64,000 nucleotides of DNA, from positions 6,178 through 70,177 of the forward strand of contig JAHFSU010000003.1 in the NCBI GenBank assembly GCA_023265595.1. Direction: 5' to 3'. Position 1 is the stretch's first letter. Every line of letters starts with the position of its first letter. The translations under genes and the position numbers were made by a program. The DNA comes from Deltaproteobacteria bacterium (GTDB taxonomy: Bacteria > UBA10199 > SPLOWO2-01-44-7). Below are positions 1 through 8,365 of this stretch, in pieces. Under the pieces are notes generated by a model that did not search any database, had not been told where the DNA came from, and saw only the letters and a program-made list of their open reading frames with translations.

Positions 1-53
1 TGACACCCCAGCCAATCTGGATTTTATACCCCTCTCAAAAAAGGAGGAAAAAT

Positions 54-1085
54 ATGACGACACTCACAAAAGGAAAATACGAAAATTGCATGAATCTGTG
101 TAATGCCAAAGGGGTTATTGCCGCGGCGGCAATGGATCAGAGGGGTTCTTTAAAAAAATCGATCGCTAAAGCGAAGGGGGTCGATCCGAAAGAGATCAGA
201 CATGCGCAGATGGCTGAGTTCAAAACGGCCGTTACTAAAATTTTGACTCCATATGCCACCGCCATTTTGCTTGATCCTGAATATGGACTCGAAGCGGCCA
301 AGCAGCGTGCGAAAGGAACGGGGCTTCTGTTGGCCTACGAATCTTCCGGCTATGACAATACATCGCCGGGTCGCATGCCTCTTTTATTAACTGACTGGAG
401 TGTCGCGAAACTCAAGGCTACGGGGGCCAACGCGGTCAAGATTCTTCTCTATTACAATCCTTTTGAAAAAACGGAAGTTAATGAGGCCAAGAAAAAATGG
501 GTCGAGAAAATCGGTGTGGAATGTGTCCAAAACGATATTCCCTATTTCCTCGAATTCGTCGGCTACGATATTGCCGGCGGCGAAGGGAAAAATTTTGAAT
601 ATGCCAAACAGAAGCCGGAGATTGTGATGGAGAGTATGAAAGAATTTTCAAAGGATCAATATCATGTCGATGTCCTGAAAGTTGAAATTCCGGTTAACAT
701 GCAATTTGTCTCGGAGACGCAATCCTTCAAAAAAGAGAATCGGGTCGCCTACAATAAAAAAGAGGCGTTGCAATGGTATCGCGATGCGGCGGCGGTGACC
801 GACAAACCATTTATCTATTTAAGCGCCGGTGTCAGCGACGATGAATTTCGCGAAAGTCTTGAATTGGCCTCAGAATCCGGTGTGAAATGGAACGGCGTCC
901 TCTGCGGCCGCGCCACTTGGAAAGAGGGGATTCCGGTTTATGCTAAATCGGGCGTAAAAGCTTTGGAAACTTGGCTTTCCGATCGGGGTGTTCAAAACAT
1001 TGAGGCCCTGAATAATATTTTGCAAAAAGGGGCCTCAGCTTGGTGGGACAAATTCGGCGGAAAAGAGAAAGTTAAGGTGCTTTAA
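54..1085 (+). CDS. Tagatose-1,6-bisphosphate aldolase, class I (LacD-like).
   Basis: 343 aa. Strong similarity by recall to LacD aldolases (AFDQRGxLKK, TPYAxAILLDPEYGL, GLLLAYE). AGGAGG ribosome-binding site 8 nt upstream of the ATG. Confidence 0.7.
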   Translation: MTTLTKGKYENCMNLCNAKGVIAAAAMDQRGSLKKSIAKAKGVDPKEIRHAQMAEFKTAVTKILTPYATAILLDPEYGLEAAKQRAKGTGLLLAYESSGYDNTSPGRMPLLLTDWSVAKLKATGANAVKILLYYNPFEKTEVNEAKKKWVEKIGVECVQNDIPYFLEFVGYDIAGGEGKNFEYAKQKPEIVMESMKEFSKDQYHVDVLKVEIPVNMQFVSETQSFKKENRVAYNKKEALQWYRDAAAVTDKPFIYLSAGVSDDEFRESLELASESGVKWNGVLCGRATWKEGIPVYAKSGVKALETWLSDRGVQNIEALNNILQKGASAWWDKFGGKEKVKVL

Positions 1086-1869
1086 GCGACGGGTCAAACG
1101 TGATCAGAAAACCTTCGTTGTAGGCCTCCCATTCCAATCGTGTTGTCGGGACCGGAAGTGGGGCGGCCCGCTGAATGGCGCGAAGACAAGAGGTATCAAA
1201 AGAGGGATTGCCGGAAGGTTCCTCCCACTCCGTTGAAATGATATTTCCTTCTTTGCTGATCTCGACAACAATACTCGCCTTCGGTTTGAGCGGCCCTTCG
1301 AGATATGTTTGCGGCAAAATCCATTCCTGAATAATTTTGGCCCTTACTTTGGCAACATAGGCCACATATTCGGGATCGCTCGGTGGTATGCGCAGCCCTT
1401 CTGTCCCGGTTCCATATTTAAAACCCTCCCCCTTTTCTTTCACCTGTGCCGCTTCCGGTGGGGCGGGCCGTTTTTTATTCAGGGCTTGGAGCGCCTTCTC
1501 GACAGCCGTCAATTTGCTAGGTTGTGGCTTTTTTTTCGGAACCGGTTCGGGCTGAATCGGCCTTAATTCCGGTTTTTTTGGCTTTTCTGGGGGTGTTACG
1601 AGCGGTTTTTCCTCTTTTTTCGGCGGTTCCTCTTCTTTTTGCCACTCTTTTTGTTCCTGAATTGTTGTTTTGGGGAGGGCCTCCGCTTCTTTCATCTTGA
1701 TTTCAACCTCTTCAGAAGCCCCTTTTGGCAAATCGACCCAGACGACTGTTACCTTCGGTTTCAAAATTTCCAATTTCGGAACAAAAAGAATCAAGAGCAA
1801 AAGGAGAAAATGACCCAAGGCGGAATAGAAAACTGGTTTTTTAAGGGAAAGCTTTTTTTCAAGCTCCAT
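1072..1869 (-). CDS. tonB: TonB-family energy transducer with a Pro/Lys-rich periplasmic spacer and a TonB C-terminal domain.
   Basis: N-terminal transmembrane helix, a long PEPxPK-type proline-rich region, and a conserved C-terminal TonB fold. Lies directly downstream of exbB-exbD. Confidence 0.65.
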   Translation of the reverse strand: MELEKKLSLKKPVFYSALGHFLLLLLILFVPKLEILKPKVTVVWVDLPKGASEEVEIKMKEAEALPKTTIQEQKEWQKEEEPPKKEEKPLVTPPEKPKKPELRPIQPEPVPKKKPQPSKLTAVEKALQALNKKRPAPPEAAQVKEKGEGFKYGTGTEGLRIPPSDPEYVAYVAKVRAKIIQEWILPQTYLEGPLKPKASIVVEISKEGNIISTEWEEPSGNPSFDTSCLRAIQRAAPLPVPTTRLEWEAYNEGFLITFDPSLKAP

Positions 1870-1874
1870 GATTT

Positions 1875-2294
1875 TTATTTTTCAGGGCGTGTGATCATTC
1901 CGATTCGTTCGACTCCGGCTTTTTGCGCCAATGACATGACTTGAATCACTTCACCGTAACGCAATTGTTGATCGGCCTTGATCAAAAGATCTTTGCTCTC
2001 TTTTCCCTGATAGACGGCGACCAGTTTGGCGGGGAGATCATCGGCCAATACCGGAGATCTCGAATCGCCCAGAAAAATGTGGCCCTTATCGTCGATGGTC
2101 AAAATCAGGTCTTGCGGTGTTCGTTTGATCTCCTGAGCCGCGGCTTTTGGGAGTTGCACCGGAAGACCCTGTTGCAATAACGGTGCGGTGATCATGAAGA
2201 TGATCAAAAGCACCAATACCACATCGACAAACGGTGTGATGTTGATTTCCGCCATCGAACGGTTGTGTGTTCCATTGGGTGGAGTAACCTTCAT
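1875..2294 (-). CDS. exbD: Biopolymer transport protein ExbD/TolR.
   Basis: 139 aa with a single N-terminal transmembrane helix and typical ExbD/TolR periplasmic domain motifs. Overlaps the upstream exbB stop. Confidence 0.8.
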   Translation of the reverse strand: MKVTPPNGTHNRSMAEINITPFVDVVLVLLIIFMITAPLLQQGLPVQLPKAAAQEIKRTPQDLILTIDDKGHIFLGDSRSPVLADDLPAKLVAVYQGKESKDLLIKADQQLRYGEVIQVMSLAQKAGVERIGMITRPEK

Positions 2295-3016
2295 GTACGG
2301 GCCCCAAAATATTCGTGATCGACACGGTCAATCAGGTCTTCCGTAAAATCGTCGAGTGTTTTGGTAAAGCGGCGGATTCTGTTGACAAAAATATTGTAAA
2401 AAATCACCGCTGGAATGGCCGCGGCGAGACCGATGGCGGTGGCAATCAATGCCTGAGCAATGTCAGGGCCGACAATAGCCAGAGACGAAGCGCCGCTCTG
2501 GCCGATTTTAAAAAAGGCGTTCAAAATGCCCCAAACGGTTCCGAAGAGGCCGATAAACGGGGCGGCTGAAGCGGTGGTGGCGAGAAAAGAGACGCCGTAT
2601 TCGATCTGCTCCACCTCATCTTCAAAGGCACGGCGGATATCCCTTTCCACCGGATCTTGCCGGTTTTTATATTCTTCCAAAGAATGCTGGGCCGCTTGGA
2701 AAATTTCAAATGCGGGACCTTTTCGTCCCCCTTTGCGGCTTGCGATTTCGTCTAGTTTTTTGGCATCCCAGAAAAATTGGTAAAAAGATTGCGTCCGTTG
2801 CTCACTTTTTTTGATCTGTCGGTGTTTCGCAATGATAATGGCCCAACTCACAACGGAGAAAATAATCAAAATAAAGAGGGTCAGCTTCACCATCGGATCG
2901 GCATGAGCGATAAGGGAAATGAGGTGTTGGTTCTCGGTTGCGGTTTGTTCTATCGGTGCCGCCGGGTTCATGGCCTGTAATAAAAGCGATAACATAGTTT
3001 CTCCTTTGTAACTCAA
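2291..3016 (-). CDS. exbB: MotA/TolQ/ExbB proton-channel protein.
   Basis: 241 aa with three transmembrane helices and the conserved TolQ/ExbB C-terminal helices (GPxAFxxVGxxGLxAAIP-like). Confidence 0.8.
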   Translation of the reverse strand: MSYKGETMLSLLLQAMNPAAPIEQTATENQHLISLIAHADPMVKLTLFILIIFSVVSWAIIIAKHRQIKKSEQRTQSFYQFFWDAKKLDEIASRKGGRKGPAFEIFQAAQHSLEEYKNRQDPVERDIRRAFEDEVEQIEYGVSFLATTASAAPFIGLFGTVWGILNAFFKIGQSGASSLAIVGPDIAQALIATAIGLAAAIPAVIFYNIFVNRIRRFTKTLDDFTEDLIDRVDHEYFGART

Positions 3017-3017
3017 C

Positions 3018-3053
3018 GATGTATTACCAGAAAGTTAAAATACCATAAATGAA
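3018..3053 (+). promoter_or_regulatory. Copy 1 of the 35-bp conserved motif ATGTATTACCAGAAAGTTAAAATACCATAAATGA, in the exbB-murI divergent intergenic region.
   Basis: Read directly. Matches the copy at 24306-24337 with about 5 mismatches and 1 indel. Confidence 0.4.
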
Positions 3054-3120
3054 ATAATGTCAATCGAGAGGTTTGAAATAGAGATTGCATTCACCGGGCA
3101 AAGGTTCTAGGAAGCGCCGC

Positions 3121-3921
3121 ATGTCTTCAAAACCGATCGGCATCTTTGATTCCGGCGTCGGTGGATTAACGGTATTAGCCGCTATCCGCCGTCTTTTGCC
3201 GCATGAATCGCTTATTTATTTAGGCGATACCGCACGTGTGCCATATGGAAATAAATCGGCTGAAACCATTTTGAGATATGCTGAAGAATGCTGCACTTTT
3301 TTGGCCAAAAAAGGGGTGAAGGCGATTGTGATTGCTTGCAATACCGCCTCTGCCCATGCCCTTCCTTATATACAGCATCGTTTTCATTTTCCGATCTTGG
3401 GGGTTGTGGAACCGGGGGTTGAAGAGGCGTTGCGTGTGAACCAAAGCCGCCACATCGGAGTGATTGGGACTTTTGCCACTATTCAAAGCGAAATTTATGC
3501 AAAAGAATTGAAAAAGAGAAATGCTTCGGTGAGAGTCTCTTCGGTCTCCTGTCCTCTTTTTGTTCCGCTTGTGGAAGAAGATTGGTGTGACAATGAAGTG
3601 ACTCTTGCGGTGGCGGAAAAATATCTAAAAAATTTGGGAAGGGATGGAATGGATGCGCTGATCTTGGGCTGTACTCATTATCCTCTTCTTAAAAAAGTGA
3701 TCGGTGAATGTTTGGGGCCCCAAATAGCGCTAATCGATTCGGCCGAAGCAGTGGCCATTTCTCTCCAAAAGTGTTTAGCACTTTCAGCACTGAAAGCGTC
3801 AGACACTTTCGAAGGGGCGGGCGTGGAATTATATGTGACCGATTTAACGCATCGGTTTGAAACGATTGCAAGACGATTTTTAGAGGGAGATATTCCAGAG
3901 GTCAAGCGGGTTACATTATAG
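3121..3921 (+). CDS. murI: Glutamate racemase.
   Basis: IGIFDSGVGGLTV N-terminal signature and CNTAS and GCTHYPLL motifs. The ORF-track start at 3085 is probably too far upstream; the ATG at 3121 is preferred. Confidence 0.85.
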   Translation: MSSKPIGIFDSGVGGLTVLAAIRRLLPHESLIYLGDTARVPYGNKSAETILRYAEECCTFLAKKGVKAIVIACNTASAHALPYIQHRFHFPILGVVEPGVEEALRVNQSRHIGVIGTFATIQSEIYAKELKKRNASVRVSSVSCPLFVPLVEEDWCDNEVTLAVAEKYLKNLGRDGMDALILGCTHYPLLKKVIGECLGPQIALIDSAEAVAISLQKCLALSALKASDTFEGAGVELYVTDLTHRFETIARRFLEGDIPEVKRVTL

Positions 3922-3963
3922 TTGTCATTTCGAAAACCATCTGATAGCCAAACGCATCAAAAT

Positions 3964-5811
3964 ATGGCCCAATCTGATTCCCAAACCGTTGCAACGCTGG
4001 AAGCCATTGCCAAACAGTTGCGCATCGATAGTTTGAGGGCAACGACGGCCGCCGGTTCCGGTCATCCGACTACTTGTCTTTCCGCCGCCGATCTTGTCGC
4101 GGCAATTTTTTTCCATACGATGCGTTTTGATCCGAAAAATCCCTCCGATCCCAACGCAGATCGTTTTGTTTTATCCAAGGGGCATGCGGCCCCGATCCTT
4201 TGGGCCGCTTGGGCAGCCGCCGGTTTTATCTCCCGCGATGATCTTTTGAATTTGCGTAAAATCGATTCCTTTTTGGAAGGCCATCCAACCCCTCGCATGC
4301 CGTGGGTCGATGTGGCGACCGGATCCTTGGGACAAGGGCTCTCTTGCGGTTTGGGGATGGCATTCAGTTTTAAAAAAATTGATAAGAATGATGCAAAGGT
4401 CTTTGTTTTAATTGGAGACGGAGAATGTGCGGAAGGAGCGGTTTGGGAAGCGGCTTCGTTGGCCGGTTATTATAAAATGAATAATCTGATTGCCGTTGTC
4501 GATGTGAACGCGTTGGGACAGAGTCAGGCGACTATGTATCACCACAATTTGGAACCGTACACGAAAAAATTTGAAGCTTGCGGATGGCGGACGATTGAAA
4601 TCGATGGGCACAATATGCAAGCCATTCTCGGTGCATTAGATCAAGCCGCCGCAGAAAAAGAGAGACCGATTGCCGTCATTGCAAAAACGATCAAGGGAAA
4701 AGGGGTCGCCTCTTGCGAAGGGAAAGAAGGATGGCACGGGAAGGCTCTGTCTCCGGCCGATTTGGAAAAGGCGATTCAGGAAATCGGGAAAGTCCCCGAT
4801 TTTGGCAAGATGGCCGTCCGAAAACCGGCCGGATCCATGACGCCGGTGGCTTCTATTCAAGAGGCATTACCTCCTCATTACAAATTGGGTGATGGGGTGG
4901 CAACCCGTGCGGCTTATGGCGAAGCGCTTGTAAAGTTGGGGGCCGCCAATCCGAACGTTGTGGCGCTCGACGGCGACACCAAAAATTCGACCTATTCCGA
5001 AAAATTCATGAAGGCGTATCCCGAAAGATTTTTTGAATGTTTCATTGCTGAGCAAAATATGGTCGGTGTGGCGTTGGGACTGGCCGCGCGCGGTAAAATC
5101 CCTTTTGTCTCGACCTTCGGCGCTTTTTTTGCGCGGGCCTATGATCAAATTCGTATGGCCGGCATTTCGCAAAAACCGTTCAAACTCTGCGGCTCTCATG
5201 CCGGCGTCTCGATCGGTGAAGATGGGCCATCGCAGATGGCGCTGGAAGATCTGTCAATGATGCGGGCGATTCCGAATATGGCGGTTTTGTATCCTTCCGA
5301 TGCGGTCTCTTGCGAACGTCTCGTTTTTGCAGCGGCACAATATCCGGGGATGGTTTTTATTCGCACCGCCCGTCCTGCAACGCCGGTGATTTATCCCAAC
5401 GAGACCTCTTTCCGCATTGGGGGCTGTAAGGTTCTCAAGAGTTCTGAGAAAGATCAGGCGACGATTATTGGCGCCGGTATTACGCTGTTTGAAGCGCTGA
5501 AGGCTTATGATATTCTCAAAAAAGAAGGGATTGCCGTCCGCGTGATCGATCTCTATTCGCTCAAGCCGGTCGACCAGGAGACATTACTCAAAGCCGGAAA
5601 AGAGACGGGCCATTTGATCACCGTTGAAGATCATTACCCGGAAGGAGGCTTGGGCGACGCGGTTTTGGGGGCGGTCTCGGAATTTGGAATGAAGGTTACG
5701 AAGCTGGCTGTCAACCAGATTCCTCGATCGGGCAAACCGCAGGAGTTGATTCAACTTTGTGGCATCAGTGCAGAAAAAATTGTGGAGACCGTTCACGCCA
5801 TTTGCCGCTGA
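3964..5811 (+). CDS. tkt: Transketolase, with N- and C-terminal halves fused (about 615 aa).
   Basis: Thiamine-diphosphate motif GDGECAEG and a transketolase pyrimidine-binding / C-terminal domain. The ORF-track start at 3922 is a TTG immediately after the murI stop; the ATG at 3964 is more likely. Confidence 0.8.
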   Translation: MAQSDSQTVATLEAIAKQLRIDSLRATTAAGSGHPTTCLSAADLVAAIFFHTMRFDPKNPSDPNADRFVLSKGHAAPILWAAWAAAGFISRDDLLNLRKIDSFLEGHPTPRMPWVDVATGSLGQGLSCGLGMAFSFKKIDKNDAKVFVLIGDGECAEGAVWEAASLAGYYKMNNLIAVVDVNALGQSQATMYHHNLEPYTKKFEACGWRTIEIDGHNMQAILGALDQAAAEKERPIAVIAKTIKGKGVASCEGKEGWHGKALSPADLEKAIQEIGKVPDFGKMAVRKPAGSMTPVASIQEALPPHYKLGDGVATRAAYGEALVKLGAANPNVVALDGDTKNSTYSEKFMKAYPERFFECFIAEQNMVGVALGLAARGKIPFVSTFGAFFARAYDQIRMAGISQKPFKLCGSHAGVSIGEDGPSQMALEDLSMMRAIPNMAVLYPSDAVSCERLVFAAAQYPGMVFIRTARPATPVIYPNETSFRIGGCKVLKSSEKDQATIIGAGITLFEALKAYDILKKEGIAVRVIDLYSLKPVDQETLLKAGKETGHLITVEDHYPEGGLGDAVLGAVSEFGMKVTKLAVNQIPRSGKPQELIQLCGISAEKIVETVHAICR

Positions 5812-5838
5812 TTTTGAATCGAAAGGTAAAAGGGGATT

Positions 5839-7110
5839 ATGAAAAAGGTTTTGATTCTTTTTTTGCTGATGGTTTCTCCCGCTTTTGCGCTGGATCAAAA
5901 AGGCTTTGAAACACTCAATGTCTTCACCAAAATTTTAAATTATGTCGAAAACGATTACGTAGAAAAAGTCGACGATCAAAGACTGCTTCGCGGGGCCATC
6001 CGGGGAATGCTGTCCACGCTCGATCCACACACCGTTTATCTTTCGCCGGAGGTTTATAAGGAGTTAAAGGCCGATACTTCCGGTATTTTTGGCGGGGTTG
6101 GCCTCGAAATCACGATTCGCGGCGGTTGGGTGACCATTGTCTCTGCTGTGGAAGGGACACCCGCTTTTCGCGCCGGTGTCCAACCGGGGGACCGAATCCT
6201 AAAAATCGACGGACAATCCACCAAAGAGATGGATTTGTCGGATGCGGTCAAAGCGATGCGTGGTAAAAAAGGCTCCAAAGTGACCCTAACCATTTCAAGG
6301 CTGGGGCAAAAACAACTGTTTAATATCGTTGTTGTTCGTGAAGTGGTGAAAGTGCCAAGTGTCCATGCGGAGCTGTTGGAACATAAATACCCCTACATAA
6401 AAATCAGCAGTTTTCAGGAAAGAACCAATAGCGATCTGAAGAAGGCGCTCAAGAAATATGAAAATGAGGTCAAAACGAATGGTCTCATTCTCGATTTGCG
6501 CAATAATCCGGGCGGCCTTTTGGAACAGGCCGTGCAAGTTTGCTCTGAATTTTTGGATAGCGGAGTCGTAGTCATCACCGAAAGCAGGAAAAAAGAGGTG
6601 GAGAAGAGAGCTATTATGCCGGAGCCCGATAGAATTCCGGTCGATTTTCCGCTAATTATTTTAGTCAACGGCGGTTCTGCTTCCGCTTCGGAAATTGTGG
6701 CAGGGGCGCTGCAAGATCACAAGCGGGCGGTCATTATGGGGACGCAGACTTTCGGCAAAGGTTCGGTGCAGTCGGTTGTCGAACTGGATGACGGTTCGGC
6801 TTTAAAAATTACAATCGCCCGCTATTACACGCCCGACAGGCACTCCATTCAGTCCGAGGGGGTGAAACCCGATGTCGTGGTGGCGCCGAGTCCTGAGGTG
6901 AAAACGGAAGGGACACTGATTCGGCTTCGTGAAGAACATCTCAAGGGACATTTAAAGGGGGCTTTTGAAGAAGAGAAGGAGAAAGAGCATGAAAAGGTGG
7001 TGGAATATGTTGCCCCACCGCCTATCGGCGCTTTTGATTATCAGCGAAAAGCTGCCCTCGATTATTTGAAAGACAAATCTCTTTTTGAAAAGGCAAAAAA
7101 GAAAAAATGA
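5839..7110 (+). CDS. ctpA: Carboxyl-terminal processing protease, peptidase family S41, with a PDZ domain.
   Basis: Signal peptide, PDZ domain, and S41 catalytic motifs (NPGG, GSASASEI). Confidence 0.85.
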   Translation: MKKVLILFLLMVSPAFALDQKGFETLNVFTKILNYVENDYVEKVDDQRLLRGAIRGMLSTLDPHTVYLSPEVYKELKADTSGIFGGVGLEITIRGGWVTIVSAVEGTPAFRAGVQPGDRILKIDGQSTKEMDLSDAVKAMRGKKGSKVTLTISRLGQKQLFNIVVVREVVKVPSVHAELLEHKYPYIKISSFQERTNSDLKKALKKYENEVKTNGLILDLRNNPGGLLEQAVQVCSEFLDSGVVVITESRKKEVEKRAIMPEPDRIPVDFPLIILVNGGSASASEIVAGALQDHKRAVIMGTQTFGKGSVQSVVELDDGSALKITIARYYTPDRHSIQSEGVKPDVVVAPSPEVKTEGTLIRLREEHLKGHLKGAFEEEKEKEHEKVVEYVAPPPIGAFDYQRKAALDYLKDKSLFEKAKKKK

Positions 7111-8150
7111 AAGCGGTTGCAAAGTTGAAAGCCCAGCCGGGGTTCGAGTTGATTGATGCGCCCGTTCCAAAACTGACCTCCCATCGTGTTTTGGTGAAGG
7201 TCAAAGCCGCATCCATTTGCGGTTCGGATGTTCATCTTTTCAAATGGGACGATTGGGCCAGCCATAACCTGACACCACCCAGAATCATCGGCCATGAAGG
7301 GGCGGGAGAAGTGATTGAAGTGGGCGAACAGGTGGAAGGAATCCAAATCGGGGATCGGGTCTCCTTTGAAAGTCATATCCCTTGTCTCCATTGCGCCCGT
7401 TGTCGCACCGGCGAAATGCATTTGTGTCGCGATTTAAAAACGATCGGTTTCGGAGCCGATGGTTGCTTTGCTGAATATATTGCTATGCCTGAAATCTGTT
7501 GCGTCAGAAATGACCGGTCGATGCCGTGGGAGATTGCCTCCATTCAAGAACCCCTTGGAAATTCGGTTTATGCCGTTTCCGAAAGTGATGTCGCCGGAAA
7601 AACCGTTGCCGTTTTTGGTGATGGGCCGACCGGATTATTTGCAGTGGCTGTGGCCCGTTCACTCGGCGCCACCACGATTTATGCGGTGGGGGCAAGTCCT
7701 TTTCGTCTAGGACTCATGAAAAAAATGAAACCGGATATTTTGATCGATGTTACAAAGGAAGAGGCGGCCGAAATCATTTTAGAAAAAACGCATGGCAATG
7801 GAGTGGATGTTGTTTTGGAGATGAGCGGCGCCGAAAAGGCCATTCATGACGGTTTCAAATCGATTCGAAATGGGGGGACATTCACCGCATTTGGAATTCC
7901 TAGCAAGCCGCTTCAAATAGATTTTGCAAAAGAGGTGATTTTAAAAGGGATCAAGTTGATCGCGATTCATGGCCGAAAAATGTTCGATACATGGAAGCAG
8001 ATGGGAGATCTCTTAAACAGCGGGCGTCTCGATGTGACGCCGGTTATTACCCACAAAATGCCGATGGCCAAAATTTCAGAGGCCTTTGCCCTGCTCACCA
8101 AAGATCCGATCGAAGCCGGTAAAATCGTCCTCTATCCTCCTACCTGGTAA
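7107..8150 (+). CDS. tdh: L-threonine 3-dehydrogenase (zinc-dependent medium-chain dehydrogenase).
   Basis: N-terminus MKAVAKLKAQPG...ICGSDVH closely resembles E. coli Tdh. GHEGAGEV zinc site and a Rossmann GDGPTG motif. Confidence 0.85.
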   Translation: MKAVAKLKAQPGFELIDAPVPKLTSHRVLVKVKAASICGSDVHLFKWDDWASHNLTPPRIIGHEGAGEVIEVGEQVEGIQIGDRVSFESHIPCLHCARCRTGEMHLCRDLKTIGFGADGCFAEYIAMPEICCVRNDRSMPWEIASIQEPLGNSVYAVSESDVAGKTVAVFGDGPTGLFAVAVARSLGATTIYAVGASPFRLGLMKKMKPDILIDVTKEEAAEIILEKTHGNGVDVVLEMSGAEKAIHDGFKSIRNGGTFTAFGIPSKPLQIDFAKEVILKGIKLIAIHGRKMFDTWKQMGDLLNSGRLDVTPVITHKMPMAKISEAFALLTKDPIEAGKIVLYPPTW

Positions 8151-8200
8151 GGGAAGGCTCCTCCCTACCTGGTAAGGAAACGTTAATTTCTACCAGGTAG
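8142..8200. promoter_or_regulatory. Three copies of the 9-bp palindrome TACCWGGTA with exact 25-bp centre-to-centre spacing (8142-8150, 8167-8175, 8192-8200). Candidate regulator/enhancer binding array.
   Basis: Read directly: cTACCTGGTAagg...ccTACCTGGTAagg...tcTACCAGGTAggg. The first copy overlaps the tdh stop codon. The same motif with the same 25-bp spacing recurs at 34177-34210. Confidence 0.5.
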
Positions 8201-8231
8201 GGGAATTGTCAAAATGATAACAAAAAGGGTG

Positions 8232-8255
8232 AAAATTGACACCTGCGTCAATTTT
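8232..8255. promoter_or_regulatory. Perfect palindrome AAAATTGAC-acctgc-GTCAATTTT, a candidate operator or activator site about 90-115 bp upstream of the sigma-54 promoter.
   Basis: 9-bp perfect arms. The TTGAC/GTCAA half-site resembles the palindromes at 41961-42070. Confidence 0.4.
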
Positions 8256-8323
8256 TTGACGTCCGTCTGATTTCTATCTAATTGAAATAACTAATTAAAA
8301 TATACGGGCGGATAATTTCTGAT

Positions 8324-8339
8324 TGGCACGGCACTTGCT
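8324..8339 (+). promoter_or_regulatory. Sigma-54 (RpoN) promoter TGGCACG-gcac-TTGCT.
   Basis: Exact match to the -24/-12 consensus TGGCACG-N4-TTGCW, located 27 bp upstream of the ATG at 8366. An AT-rich possible IHF region (8290-8312) and palindromes lie upstream. Confidence 0.65.
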
Positions 8340-8365
8340 CTCTAAACGCTGTCGTTGGAGGGCCT

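Noticed and set aside
400-627. 75-aa + strand ORF inside the aldolase gene.
   Set aside because: It lies entirely within a well-supported longer ORF in another frame and its translation is Arg/Ser-rich junk. The other short overlapping ORFs in the track (e.g. 1309-1566, 2086-2331, 11429-11755, 12418-12813) were rejected for the same reason.
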